The translations under genes and the position numbers were made by a program. Below, piece after piece: positions 15,026-28,938 of a stretch of 64,000 bases of DNA (positions are counted from its first letter, which is position 1; each line of letters opens with the position of its first letter). Source of the stretch: Lama guanicoe (lineage: Eukaryota); NCBI GenBank assembly GCA_013239625.1, contig MU053472.1, forward strand, positions 1,443,236-1,507,235, read 5' to 3'. The notes under the pieces are model-generated. The model was not told where the DNA came from and did no database searches. It saw only the letters and a list, made by a program, of their open reading frames with translations.

Positions 15026-16345
15026 CGAAGGCCCCCGCCTCCCTCCGTAGCGAACTCCTCTGCGGCCCCGGAGGATTCGGAGGGGCGGTGGCGGCCACGC
15101 GGGCACACGGCAGAAGGGCGCGGCCGCCCTGGCTCCTCCGGGCGAGCTAGGGACGGCGGCAGCGAGCGCAGGCCGGGGCGGAGAGCGCGCAGGGAGCCGA
15201 GGTCAGCGGGGCCGAGGCCTCACATTCCAGGTCTGAGAGCACCCCGGGTCCGTCCCAGCGCCGATCTCTGCAGGGGCGGGACTACGTGTGCGGCGTTATG
15301 ACGTCAGCGCACGCCGACGCGCTGGAGGGAAGGAATGCGGCAGGCGAGAAACTTGGGAAGAAAAGAGCCGTGATCCCGCCCACGGAGAACCTACTTTCCT
15401 AGGGGGCCCGAGTTGGGTGGATGGGGGAAACTTTTCTCGCTGGGACGGGTTACTAACAGGTTTTTACCATTCCGTTCCGAGTCACCAGGCGCATCATTCC
15501 TGTCAGCCAGTCCTGCCTCGGGAGTTCTGAGGCCGGACCCTTTCGAGGCTCAGGTAGAAGTTTGGATGCACAATTATCACTCTATGGAAAATTATGCATT
15601 CAGGAAATTCACGTTACTCTGGAAACCCTTCCTTAGACTCCGGCCCATAAGCCAAACTGGGAACCTTCGGCCTAGGAACTAAAGATCAAGAGGGAAGGGA
15701 GACTTGTGTTGTGTAACCATTTTCACTGTTTCTTTTTCCAAACTGAATTAAAGAAAAAAAAAAGAAAAAAAAGAAAAAGAACTGCTCTAGAAGAATTTGG
15801 TAGGAAGGTTAGCCTGATTATGCAATTACAAATAGTGGTGAGAGAAAAAGGACTAAATGGTGGGTATGATATCACTTCGTGGTAAAACAGAAATGAAGAT
15901 TTCAGTTTTTTCGCCTAGTTCTAGTCACAGCCTCGGAAGACTGTTGAACAATTGAGAGTACTTGTTTCAACTCCCTTTTATAACCTCAGCCTGAACATCT
16001 GCTACTTATGTAATTTAATTTTCCGTGTCTGCGATTTCAAGAACTTAATACAACGTCTTTATGCTCTAGGAATTTAACAAGGAAATGACTGGCCGTAATT
16101 GATGACAGTGTCAAGCTGATAGTCACTCTATAACCAATGTAAAACCTGATAACAGTGGTAATAGTAATGTGCTGACATTTAGAGCTAAAAGGATTAGGAG
16201 TTCTTCTAGTTCACCCTGGTATTTCAATGTTAAATGGTTAAATAGTTTGGTACGAAAGAAGGAAACACACACAGTCCTGTTATCAGTCTGTACCAGCTCT
16301 TACTCTGTAATTCATGAACCTGAGAAACTTGTGTTGGCCTCAAAG

Positions 16346-16799
16346 TAGGGTTGCCAGATTTAGCAAGTAAAAAAAAAAAAACAACTGACAAATACCCACT
16401 TACATTTTAATTTTGCATAAACAACAAGTAGTTGTTTGGATATTTTTTAAAGAAGGTACTGGGAATTGAACCCCAGACCTCATGCATGCTAAATATGGAC
16501 TCTACCACTGAGCTATACCCTCCACCTACAACAAATAGTTTTTTAAGACAAATATGTTGCATGCAATAGTTTTAACCACTCATCCTGAGTCACTCAAACA
16601 CATCAGTTCCTTCAGCAAATCCTTCATCAGAAGTTCTTAGACACAGAACTTTTGAGGCTGTTTGGACTTCTTGCCACAAAAAATGCATAATTATGTGTAC
16701 ATTATCCATTCAAATATTGCATTGACATACTTCAAAATTATTCATTGTTCTTCTGAAATTCAAATTTAGCTGGGCATCTATATTTTATCCAGCAACCCC
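16346..16799. mobile_element. MER53-like palindromic hAT MITE with internal insertions
   Basis: Terminal inverted repeats TAGGGTTGCCAGAT ... ATCCAGCAACCCC. Confidence 0.75.
16443..16526 (-). mobile_element. tRNA-derived SINE nested in a MER53-like element
   Basis: Reverse A/B boxes; imperfect TSD ACAACAAGTAGTT / ACAACAAATAGTT. Confidence 0.8.
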
Positions 16800-17879
16800 A
16801 CCTCAAGGGATTCATGAATTCCCTGAAATTGTAGTAGGATATTTGGGCTGAATCAGGACCTGGGCTCAATCCTATGAACAGGTTAAGTTGTGTCAGGCAC
16901 ACATGTTGATTGCCATATGAACCTTAGATGCTGCTGGGCAGAGTTAGACATTCAAAAATTATCTATGTGAAAGAGTCTCTGTGGATTCATCATTTGTTCA
17001 AAGGCCCCTTGCTCCCTTCTTCACTTTTTTGAGACTGAAGGTTGTTAAAAAGGGTGAGATGGACTGGGAGACCCTGACCAAGAGTAGACAGACTGCCCTA
17101 AAGGACAGGGTCCTTGAGAAAGAATTTATTGTGAGGGTCAGAGGAGTCAGGGCCAGTGGGCTAGCATCTGTACAAAAGACAAAAGAACAGAGGGGAGCAT
17201 CGACTCCAGAATTAAGACGCATCTGCAGGCTTGGGCCCTCATGAACTGGCTGAACAGAGAAACCAGTGGAAGCAAGGCCATTTTTGTTGTGGACTGCCCT
17301 CAACTGAGGGAAGAAAGGTTCTCCCTTGTACCCTAGAAAATTAACGAGCCCCAGCAGAGATGGGATTTGAACTCAATAATTCAATAAATATTGCTTTTCA
17401 CATATTGGTTGATAGCGTAGCACCTGACCATTCAGTGGTCAGGATCAGATCATGAAGAGGCTAATATAATGTTAATGACCTTGGACTTTATCACAGAGGT
17501 AATAGGGAATCCTTAAAAGGATTGTAAGCAAGGAAGTAAAAGGATCATATTTGTGTGTCAGCAGGAAGACAGCAGTCATCTAACTAGCAGAGCCAGAAAG
17601 AGATCTCGAGTCATGCACTCCCAGTTACAGAAGGGTAGAATACAGAAGAGTCCTGCTGAACTGTCATGGCCACCTCTACGTTTTAGTGGACTGAAGTCCT
17701 TTGTATCACATACTTACCCCTACAGTCCACCAAATCCCCTTTAATCCTTGACTACTGGTAGCCTCAAATTTGACAGAAACCCTTGCACTCACTATACACT
17801 ATACAGATCTATATGAGACATGAACTTGGTCCAAAAAGAATCCTGAAAATCCTAAGAGGCAGTACACATTGTGACCTTT

Positions 17880-18142
17880 TTTAAAAAAATGTATTTTTAT
17901 TGAAGTATAGTCAGTTTACAATGTTATGTCAATTTCTGTTGTGCAGCATAATGCTTCAGTCATATAGGAACATACATATATTCATTTTCGTATTCTTCTT
18001 CACTATAAGTTACTGCAAGATATTGAATATAGTTCCCTGTGCTATACAATATAAATTTATTGTTTATCTATTTTGTATACATTAGTTAGTATATGCAAAT
18101 ATCGAACTCCCAATTTATCCCTAGCCGCCCACTTCCCCCTCT
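17880..18142 (-). mobile_element. L1 3' end
   Basis: TTTATTGAAGTATAGTCAGTTTACAATG...AACTCCCAATTTATCCC is the reverse complement of the L1 3' UTR. Confidence 0.85.
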
Positions 18143-18701
18143 GTGACTGTTTTTAAATTGCAATTTCTCCCTTCATCGAGATGTCGGGGTCTAAGTACCT
18201 TGCTCTTCAATCTGGTTGAATTGTGTCTGCTTTGACAAATGGACTATAGCGGAAGTGATGCTAGGTTAGCAAAGGCCATGCTGACTCTACCTTGTTCTCT
18301 GGAATACTCAATCTTGGATTCCTGAGCCACCACATAAAAAGATGAACTACCCTAAGGCCATTATGCTCTGAGAAAACCCACACCGCGTGGAGAGGCTGCG
18401 TGTAAGCACTCCCCGTCAACAGTCCCAGCTGGATACAGCCTTTGACTTATCCCAGTTCAGGGACTGATTGTTTCAGTGAAGAAACCTCCAGGTGATTCCT
18501 CCAACTCCAAGACATCTGCGTTAACCTCAGCCATGGCAGTCTTTTCAGATGAGGGCTGAAGCATCAAAGAGCTGAGTGAGACAAGTATCCCTGCTTCGCT
18601 CTGTCTGAATTCCTGACTCACAGAAGCATAATAAAATGGGTTTTCATTTATATCACTGAGATTACAGTGCTTTGTTATGCCACAGTAGATCACTGAAACA
18701 C
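18143..18701 (+). mobile_element. MaLR LTR (MLT1-type)
   Basis: Typical 3' end AATAAAATGG...TTTGTTATGCCACAGTAGATCACTGAAACA. Confidence 0.7.
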
Positions 18702-19415
18702 CCCATTCCAATCCCCTAAATTTCGCAGGAACCTATCATGTTAGGCTCCATAATTAACCTATTCCCTCTGAGGGCTACATGTTACTAAGCATATAAATTC
18801 TTTCATGAGAATGAGATAATTCATAACCTGTGTTGGACAATTTTCTTAGTTTTCTGATGCTGGCTCTGCTGCACTACTTATGAGAGTGAGCCTAACCACA
18901 GAGTATCAGAATGGGGACAACGATTGTTGCCCTAAATTTGAAGAGTCTTTTTTCAGAGCACTCCAAGTCTAAATCCACATATTCATCACCCATCAACCAC
19001 AGGCCAGTAGTCACAGGGACCTCTTAAATAGAGTCATCAAGGCACACCTATGGCACCAGACATCACATAGGCAAAATGAGTGGGTCCTGTAACTTGTAAC
19101 CACCAATGAACAGAGCAAAGCTTTGTCTTCAAGTTCTTGTCACTTGGGGAAACAATGCAGATGGGAAATCTGCCAAAGTCTCATCCCTCAGGACCATTAC
19201 CCATATCTGCAGAAAACTCAAGAGGTTTTGGCACTTTTTTTTTTACTGTGTTTTTAGATGAATGTATGGTGAGAAATTCAACATTAATAATTTTGTATTC
19301 TCTTACCACAAAAAATAAAATGAAGGACCTCAACCACCAGAAGCTTATCAACCAGTTTGAATCTATTTGTCTTCAATTGAAAGTCTTTTAGAATATGTAA
19401 AAAGTAATGAATAGA

Positions 19416-19547
19416 GAGGAGGATATAGCTCAAGTGGTAGAGTGCATGCTTAACATGCAGGAGGTCCTGGGTTCAATTCCCAGTACCATCTATAAAAATA
19501 AATAAATAAACCTAGTTACTGTTGCCCCCCTCTGAAAAAAAAAAAAA
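19416..19547 (+). mobile_element. tRNA-derived SINE (Vic-1-like)
   Basis: A/B boxes, poly-A tail, AAAGTAATRAATA-like TSD. Confidence 0.85.
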
Positions 19548-22327
19548 GCAGAAAGAACTTAAAAAGAAGGAAAAATATAAAACAAGAAAGTAATAAATAA
19601 ATATCTCCCAAGCAACATGTGTAACAAGAACTTCTATAATTATGTATATGTGCCTTTGATGTATTTTCCCCCTCAAGATCATCAACTATGTGTTCGATAA
19701 GTGAAAAACAAATCTGTAATCAGTTGAAATTTTTGGTTATAAATGCATTATAATGGAAACTGTTTCACAAACAATATATAAAGCAATATGAAAATTTGAG
19801 CAAACAAAAAAAGCTGTCCATCTTATCTTGACTCCTTTAAATTCACCCTGCTTGCTACATGTGACTTGCTGTTTCCAAAATTAATCCAAACTGCTACCTG
19901 CTAGGATACTCCCCCATTCTTGATCTCCACTGTCTTCATTAACATATATAACACCCACATTTGGCCAAGAGCAATAGAAGATACAACCTCTCATTTGCCA
20001 GCTCTTATTCTGAGGAAGCCCTCTTGGAATCTGCCCTGCATACAGTCTGCCTACTTACCCTGATAATCAGATGTAGAGAATCATAGAAGGTCTGAGCAGT
20101 TTTATATTTGTGCCGCTAATGCTGGTCCAACGTACGGCATAAAGGCTTAAGGGTCATTCTTGGAAAGACACACGCGTAATTAATAATCACAACACAATGT
20201 GAGAAATACTGTGATAGAGTTGGCACAGGACATTATGAAGGTACTGAGGAGATAATGAATTGGTTTTGGATGTAATAATTCTATAATTGTTCCAAGATAG
20301 CTCAATTCTCAAAGTATTTTTAGTTGCAATGAAGTTCATAGGAAAATAACACTTGAACAGATTTACTTGAGCAATGATAAATGACACTATTGACACTATA
20401 CCTGCATTTGGGGGGAAATTTACTAATTATCAGAATGTAAAAAAAATACATGCAAAATTGTGAAAAAAGTTGTAGTTCTTTATCTGTGACAGTGAAAAAT
20501 TTTAACTTTTTCAATGAGATAGAAAATAGGAACAAAGTAAACTATATGCAAAGTGTTACAGTCATATAACTCTTGAGTCATCTGCTGTAGATATCATTAT
20601 CCTAACTGCATCCCACCCACCTCCAGCTTCTCACAGTCTTTTAAGAATGCATAACTGATGGTTAAAAAGAATGTGAAAACAAATATATGTGCGTTCCTAT
20701 ATGACTGAAGTATTGTGCTGTACACCAGAAATTGACACAACATTGTAAACTGACTATACCTCAATAAAAATATTTTTAAAAATAAAAAAGGGGAAAAAAA
20801 TACATAGCTAAAGACACTGTAGTTATGTTGGAAAAAACATTTAGGTAATACATATCAAGAGCCTTAAGAAATGTGCAAATTCCAACTTAATTTACAGACG
20901 TTTCCTCACTTCCTCACATGTTTAAATAGACATATGTATAAAAATGTTCATATAGCTTCTTCGTATAGTAAAATAGCCGCTTAAAAATATGAACAGCAAC
21001 CCTTCCCCCCACTGAGACAGCAGACAGAATGGTTCTATGCTCATTTGTTTTAAGTGGGAGGACTCAGAGGAGGGAAACAAAGATTCTTTTCTTTTCTTCT
21101 GCATTTCAAAAGTCTAGGCCCTGCAGGAAAATAGGAAGAACTTATATACAAAGAAAACACAGTAGATTTGATGAAGAATTTCCCCCAACCCTCACACCAG
21201 CTAAATTCCCTAAGAAAGGAGAAAGGAAGGAGGAAAGCCCAAAGTGGAAAGTATAGGAAACTGATCATGGAGGAAGTGTCCTGCACCCTGTCCCCACACC
21301 CCCGACCCCTGCATGGATCCTAGAGTAGGAATGAAAAAAAGGTTTGATGGGAGGGTGAGTGCAGGGGGTCTGAAGTGTACAAGTTGGTAACTTTTGACAA
21401 ATGTACCCATGTATGTAACTACCACCTCCATCAAGGTGTACATTTCCATCTCCCCAGAAGCTCCCTGATGCCCGATTTGCAGTCAATCTCCCCAGTTACC
21501 TGCTCCAGGCAACCACTGATGTGGTTTTTCTAGTACTACTGATTAGTTCTGTCTGTTTTAGAATTTCTTGCAAATGGAATAATACTCTAATTTTTTTTTA
21601 ATGTTTCATTTTGTTTCCTGTTAGCTTCTTATCTATACCTCTTCTTATTTCTTCAGTGTTTCCTCTGAGGCTAATAATATGTTTCTTAACTTATTAAAGT
21701 CTAAATAGAGTTAATACTTTATCTCTTCCCACTTTACACTGTCTGCTTAATCCTTACCCTCACTTATCTGACACTTCCTGCTTCCCAATGAAATAAATTT
21801 ACAACAAATTTAAAAATATACAGATAAATTCACCTGCCCATTGGTACTTTACATGATTGTTGTCATATTCTTTCCTTCTACATATAAGCGCCTCACCTTT
21901 GTTTTTTTTTTTGTTTTAAACAGTCATCGTCTTTTAAGTAAATCACAAAAAAGAAAACAGCCTTTTATATTTTCCTGCTTATTTACAAATCGTGATGCTT
22001 TTACCTTCCTTCCTGTAGATCCGACTATTTGGAAAGTATTTCATATTCTACTAATTCACATTCCTGCCAGTCTTGGCAGTGATCTCCCTGTATACAAATC
22101 ATAGCAAGTTAGGAAATACAATGAAAAGAAAGACTATAAAAGCAATAAAAACATAAACTACTGAATAGAGAATAAGAATATAGAATAAAAAATAAAATAA
22201 AATCAAGAAGGCATGTGAAATACCTACATGAGGAAGGCCACAAAAAATAAAGGGACGCAAAAGAGGCTTTTAATATAAGAAGGGACATACTCTGTTCCTA
22301 GAGAGAAATACAATTTTGTAAAGATGT

Positions 22328-22558
22328 GGGGTGGGAAGGGATAGACTGGGATTTCAAAATGTAGAATAGATAAACAAGATTATACTGTATAGCACAGGGA
22401 AATATATACAAGATCTTATGGTAGCTCACAGAGAAAAAAATGTGACAATGAATATATATATATGTTCATGTATAATTGAAAAATTGTGCTTTACACTGGA
22501 ATTTGACACAACATTGTAAAATTATCCTAAATCAATAAAAAGTGTTAAAAAAAACCCC
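22328..22558 (+). mobile_element. Young 5'-truncated L1 3' end
   Basis: TSD ACAATTTTGTAAAGATGT on both sides; AATAAA followed by an A tail. Confidence 0.88.
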
Positions 22559-23379
22559 ACAATTTTGTAAAGATGTGATTTTTACTTTATTCTCAGCAAT
22601 CCCATGTCATTTTCGTGGTCAATATAGCATATAGCTGGAATTTACCTTTAAAAAGAATTCATATAGGAATTACTGGTATATCTGATTTTGCTCCAGTAGT
22701 CATGATTTACATTTTCCACCCATTGTATATTCTTATTTTCTTTCTTTCTTCTTTTTTTTTGTATATTCTTATTTTCTTTTTTTCCCTGCCTGTGAATTTG
22801 GCTATATAGGATTTTTTTTTTAATATACTGTTGTTTTTGCAGTACTGCATCCTATTTGCATTCTTATTGTAAAGAATTTTATCTTTTAAATAAAATAGTT
22901 ATTAGTTTCTGATTATAAAAGTAATACATACCAATGAAAGAAAGTTTGGAATAAATAGAAAACTAGGAAAAATTTTACCGTAACCCTACCATGCAGAAAT
23001 AACCACTGTTAATATCTTTAAACTTCCTGTGTCTTGAAATTAAATTGTTTTTCCCGAAAGTAAAGCACACTTCTTGTAACTTTCAAATAATACAGAGGCA
23101 CTAGAGTGGAGATCTTTTAGTTTTGCTTGTGTAGTAACTATTCTTTCTTCTTCTGGTAAAAATACCCTGGTTTTGCTTTGGAGAACTACCTCTCCCCAAC
23201 TTTCAGTCCGTGTGTTTCAGATGGAACTGACCCCACTGCTCAGCTCCAAGAGCTGGCACAAGACTCAGGTGTGGCCAGAGTGATGATGAGCAAGGGTAAC
23301 AGAAAACAATCCTGTAGCTTTGGTAAAACTATATATTGAGGAAAAGAAGTTCTTTTCTGCTGTGACCCACGTCTACCAA

Positions 23380-23770
23380 ACAGCAGATGATGAAAACGAC
23401 GCTATGTGACTTCCAAGGACATAGCTTTCACTCTGCGTTCTCCTTCCTGAGTCACTTGTTCTGGGGGAAGACAGCCACCACGTTGTGAGGACACGCAAGC
23501 AGTCTTGTGGAAAGGACCCTGAAAAGAACTGCAGCATCAGCCACGAGAGTGGCCACGTTGGAAAGGAATCCTCCACCTCAACTGAGCTTTCAGAGGACCA
23601 TGGTTCCCCCTGACATCTTTGCTGAATCTTCATGTGAGATACCGGACCAGCAGAGTTTAGCTAAGCTGCTCTCGGCCTGCAGGAACCTTGAGAGACAATA
23701 AATGTTTGTTGTTCTTTTAAGCCATGAAGTTTTAGGGTAATTTGTGACGTGGCAATAGATAACTAATACA
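23380..23770 (+). mobile_element. MaLR LTR (MLT1-type) within an older MLT fragment
   Basis: AATAAATGTTTGTTGTTCTTTTAAGCC...GCAATAGATAACTAATACA. Confidence 0.7.
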
Positions 23771-24421
23771 AGACTGGTTTAGGAATCTAGACCTAAGCCA
23801 AACAAGAACATGGCATTCCCAGGTAAACTTTATTGGTTTAGAAATAGGTAATTTATTCAACTGTCCTAATTACACCAAAGGGATGGGCTTCCTTTTTTTT
23901 TTTTAAACAGTTGTGTGAATAACTCTCTTCCACTACCCGTAAACATGAAAATCTACATTCAGATTGTAACTGGCAGCCATCCTGTTGTTAAAAAGGAGGC
24001 CAACTTTAGGATGAATATAATATTGCAGATGGCAAATCAGATAGACCAGATAAACTGGGTCCTTGATGAAATTATTGCGCCACAGAAATAAGTAACTATA
24101 AGCCCCACCTTAACTTCACCCTTCCAGTTACATGAACCAATGCATTTCCTTATCACTTTAGCCACAAAAGCCTACCTTTGGTTAGCATATGTTTTGAAAT
24201 GAACATCTCCCTTTATTTTCAAACTTTCTTAGCCATGAGGTTTTAGGTGCCTCTTTAGCTGGGTTTTTTTCTTTTCTCAACATCCCTTTGCCTTTGATTG
24301 GGAGAATTTACTATATTTACTTTTATAGTGATTGATCATACATTTGTTCTTATTCTCACTAGTTTGGCTCCTACAGTCTATGTGTTTTGCTTTATTCTTC
24401 AGTAATTTTGAAGTCCTATAT

Positions 24422-24740
24422 CAGAGGTTGCAAACTGATAGCATATATTCAACCCACAGACATGGCTAGGGTTTTTATTTGTTTTTAGTCTTATAGGATA
24501 TTTAAAATTCTTCCAGCCAACACTTAAAAATCTGCAATTTTCACATAGGAATTCAGATATCTATCCAGCCACACTTGAAAAATCAGAAGGCCTATTATAT
24601 GGGGCCCCTAGCATCACATGGCAACAATCGTCTGGAACTGAATGGTGGCTGGGACCCCCCAGCGGAGGTGTGTGCCCTCTGGTCCACCAGAGTCTCCAGT
24701 TCGTGTACTTTTTCCAAAGTGGAGAGTGAATTGCAGTTTG
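24422..24740 (+). mobile_element. hAT-Charlie relic (MER102-like)
   Basis: CAGAGGTTGCAAACTG terminus and CATGGCAACAATCG motif. Confidence 0.5.
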
Positions 24741-24835
24741 TGTTTATAACCGTTGCTTGCACTACTGTTTTCTCTTGGTAGAATATGCCTCTGTTTCTGT
24801 GGTGCTATCACTTTCATTAAAGACCTAAGGACCAT

Positions 24836-25229
24836 TGCTATGGAACTGCAATTGTTCCCCCAACCCCCAAATTCATATGTTGGAGTCCTAACCCCCCAGT
24901 GTGATGGTGTTTGGAGATGGTGCCTTTGGGAGGTAATTAGGTCCAGATGAAATCCGAGGGTGGGGCTCTCACAATGAGATTGGTGTACTTATAAGAGACA
25001 CCAGAGTGCACTTGCCCACACATTCTCTCTCTCTCTTTCTCTGTCATGATGTGAAGACACAGCAAGAAGGCAGTCATCTACAAGCCAGCAAGCAAGCTCT
25101 CCGAACCCAATTACTCTGGAATCCAGATCTCAGACTTCCAGCCTCCAGAATTGTGAGAAAATAAATTTCTGTTGTTTAAGCCAACCAGTCTATGGTATTT
25201 TGTTATGGCAGCCTGAGCTGACTAACACA
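24836..25229 (+). mobile_element. MaLR LTR (MLT1A/B-like)
   Basis: TGCTATGG...CCAAATTCATATGTTG...AATAAATTTCTGTTGTTTAAGCC...GACTAACACA. Confidence 0.85.
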
Positions 25230-26246
25230 GCTACTTTACAAAAAAAAAAGAGTAAGAATACCCTTTTCTATCTTACCTCTCTGGCCTCTGTGAATATTTG
25301 GGTTTGCAATTTCTGATTAAAACCTTTTTCTCTTTTACTTACGGTTACCCATAATTTGTTAATAATTATGATATGAGCCAATATTTTTTATGATCATTGA
25401 GATACATTAGCTATAATTTTGCTACCCTACACGGGGTACTTTTAACAGGATTTCATTCTCCCTTGCCTTATACCCCACTTCCACTTTAATTATGATTCAG
25501 TTCAGAATTGTTATTAATTTTTCTTACTTTGTCCCTTCTGTTTTAAGATTACTTCTGAAGAATTGCATTAGACTTCAGGATCACTTTATCAACAACAATT
25601 TGTACTTAACTGGAAGCTTTGCTGGTTTCTTTGCTAATCATGGTTTCTAATACATCATGCTTCCTCCTTTTGACCCCTTTATTGTGATTCATTTTTTGTT
25701 TTGCTGTAGTACTTCCTTCAGGAAAAAAAAAAAAATCTCTGCTGATCGATGGTTTGCACCCTCAGAATTTGTGTCCATCACTGACCTGTTCAGTTTTTCC
25801 CGAGGGAGGCCTCCCACTCCAAGGCTGCAGCATTCCGCTGGCAGGATTTACCCTGGGTGTAAAGCCATGGGTGTGGAACAGGCCTGCAACTGAAGGCCCT
25901 CCCAGAGCAAAAAAGCCAGGGAGGTGGTGGAGTTTTGAGGGATTTCACTGATGTAATTTGACTGTGTGCTGAGCCTTTTTGAAATTTTAAAAAATTCTTT
26001 CTTTCTCTGTTTGTCATGGTTGTCTAGAATTAGTTGGATCTCAGTTAGCTAGTGGCTCCAATTGCCAAGGTAAATTGTCACTTCAGAGAGAGCCAGGTAT
26101 AGCGGTCTAGAATCATGATCCCTTTCCCCTGAAAACAGTTAGCACTGCTCTGTTATCATTTTGCATCTACAGTTGCAGATGAGAAACCATGGAATGTTAC
26201 GAATTTCTTTTTATCGTTGGAATATAGAAAAGTCACCATGAAGGCT

Positions 26247-26486
26247 GGTGGGGAGGGATAAATTAGGAGTCTGGGATTAACATATACACACTACTATACA
26301 TAAATAGATAAACAACAAGGACCTACTGTGTAGCATAGGGAACCATATTTAATATTTTATAATAACCTATAATGGAAAAGAATCTGAAAAAGAATATATA
26401 TGTATGTATAACCGAATCATTTTGCTGTACACCTGAAACTAACACAACATTGTAAATCAACAATACTTCAATTAAAAAAGAAAGAA
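26247..26486 (+). mobile_element. L1 3' end (older subfamily)
   Basis: GGGAGGGATAAATTAGGAG...CTTCAATTAAAAA; TSD AGAAAAGTCACCA. Confidence 0.85.
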
Positions 26487-26519
26487 AGAAAAGTCACCAG
26501 GATTCACCTGGAATCATCT

Positions 26520-27205
26520 TTGATCCCCTTGCATCTCACACCCCATAGCCTACCCGCCAGGAAATCTTGTTGGTTCCACCTTCAGGATATATGTAGAATC
26601 TGATCACTTTTCACCACCCTGGGCTAAGCCACTATCATCTCTCACCTGGATGACTCCTCAAGTGATCTCACTGCTTTCACAAAGTAAAAGCAAAAGTCCC
26701 TGCAATGGCCAAAAAGACTCCACATGATTTTTTTTGTTCCCTCCACCCCACCTCACCTCCCTGACCTGATCTCCTATTGCTTTCCTCCCAATTCTATTCC
26801 AGCCACAGTGGTCACCTTGCTGTACTGTTCTCTCTGCCTGGAACACTCTTCCCAAAAATAACTTCACTATGACCTCTCTCATCTTCTTCAAGCCTTCATT
26901 CAAATGATACCTTTTAAATGAGGCCTTCCCTGATCATCCTAAATAATACTGTAACTAGCCCTCCAACCCATTTTCTCCCGATCCTTCCCGTTTTCTGCTT
27001 TATTTTTTTCCCATTGCACTTGCCATTTTCCAACATATCACATAAACTGATAATTATTATATTTATGTCTATTATCTCTCCTCCTGCTGGAATGTAGGTT
27101 CCATAGGGTAGGAATTTTGTCTGTTTTGTTCACTGTTCTATCTCCAGTATCTAGAACAGTTCCCAGCATGTAATAGGTGCTCAATAAATATTTGTTGAAT
27201 ATAAT
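26520..27205 (+). mobile_element. L2a 3' region
   Basis: Ends GGTGCTCAATAAATATTTGTTGAAT. Confidence 0.8.
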
Positions 27206-28565
27206 GAACAGGATATATTTAGATGTGGCTTATCTTTCTGTAACCCAAAATAAAGATGATAGCAGCTTATATTTTTCCCCAAATAATGGTAATCTATGGG
27301 AAATTCTCAATGCCCAAGCCCTCTTTTTCATCCTCAAATGAGATAACCCCAAACTTTAAAAAATTATCTATATTAATGCTACTCTCCTCCAAACTTTTTA
27401 TGCGACTCAGATCCATGGAAATTACCTGAAAACTACGGCATGAAAAGGATTCCACTTTAGTTTCCAGAAGCAAGATAAAAACTTCCTTTTCACAATTCTT
27501 GAATTATTTCACCCGGAAATTGGAGAAATAGGAAGTAGAATGTGTGTAATTTGTTCACCACCTTGGCCAACTCCACATCTGTTTTGTATTAATTTTTTTT
27601 AAACAGTGCTTAAAATATTCCTGACTTCTAGTGAAAAAGGTAGTTTGAACAACTGTGATTTTTTTGCTAAAAAGTTCCCTCTTTCCAAAACTCCATGATA
27701 GCAACAGTAAATGTATTTTTAAAAAAAACAAAACAGGAATTGAGACAATAGCAACAATATTTTGGCAACTGGCATGTAGACAGATGGGCATTAACCGATG
27801 TAGGAGACCTAAGAAAGCACAATCTTCAACCAGCAATGGAGAAAACAGAGAATCAATCTGATTTACAGCAGAGAACTCATAAAAGACTCAGGAATTTCCA
27901 CCAGTTCTCATCACTATGAAATTTCAGAACGCCTGGGACAGAGAATAAATTCTTCCAGCAGGATTTCAAAATACAATCAGAATGGCATCAAACTTATCAA
28001 CAGCAAAACTACTGTGAAAATGTTTATTAGCGTATAGTCTCAGGAAATTCCTTTGAGAGAAAATTATTTCCAACCTGGAATTCCCTTCTCAGCCAAATTG
28101 TCAATTAAGTGTGAAAGTCAATATTTTCAGACACAGAACATCTCAAAAAAAAAAAAAAATTGAGGGTCCAACGAAAACAGAGCTAAAGCAGCTGCCTAGG
28201 ATAATAGTAGAGGCAGATACCAACAAAAAGGTGGCACCGGCCTAGAGGAACCAGTGCCGACTGGAACTGATCAGAAGCCTCTGGAAAAGATGTCTAAAAG
28301 AAGATTAAATTGAAAGAATATTATTGCTAGAATACCAATGTTTTTAAATGTATCATGAGCGGATTTACCTAACAAGAGGAAGTTTGGGATTAAATTAACA
28401 ATAAATAGAAAGCCAAATAAATAAAAAGACAAGATAATAACCCCATAAAAGACAAAATGTGAGAGAAAGGAAAAGAAATCTCAGTATAATACTAAATTTG
28501 ATAAGAATAGCATTTGCATACCCATAATAAAGTAAATCTGTATGTTGACTTATTAAAATTATAGG

Positions 28566-28745
28566 TATGGAGATTCCTCAAAAGACCAAAAATAGACTTG
28601 CTATATGATCCAGCAATCCCACTCCTGGGCATATATCCATATCTAGAGGGAACCTTAATTCAAAAAGATACATGCACCCCAATGTTCATAGAAGCACTAT
28701 TTATAATAAGCAAGACATGGAAACAACCTAAATGTCCTAAATGTT
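28566..28745 (+). mobile_element. L1 ORF2 3' fragment
   Basis: TATGATCCAGCAATCCCACTCCTGGGCATATATCC...GGAAACAACCTAAATGTCC. Confidence 0.8.
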
Positions 28746-28898
28746 GAGATCTTTACAAATAGTAAAGGCTGAATGAATCCAAACTGCTGCCCTGAGATAT
28801 GTTATTTATGTAGCTCTTGCAAAAACAAAAACAAAAACAAAAACAATTCTTTCTTAAAGTTTAAAAAATTATAAACATAATGAGTCCTTCTTATTACA

Positions 28899-28938
28899 CA
28901 GACACGCACACACACGTACACACACACACACACACACG
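28899..28938. repeat. Imperfect (CA)n microsatellite
   Basis: Direct reading. Confidence 0.9.

Larger units (their letters stand above)
14640..15560. promoter_or_regulatory. CpG island / APPBP2 promoter and 5' UTR
   Basis: Abrupt GC- and CpG-rich block in an AT-rich background; GC box GGGGCGGGA 15273-15281, TACGTG 15283-15288, perfect CRE TGACGTCA 15299-15306. Confidence 0.9.

Noticed and set aside
14772..15050. Poly-Pro ORF on the plus strand
   Set aside because: Antisense reading of the GAG repeat and APPBP2 exon 1.
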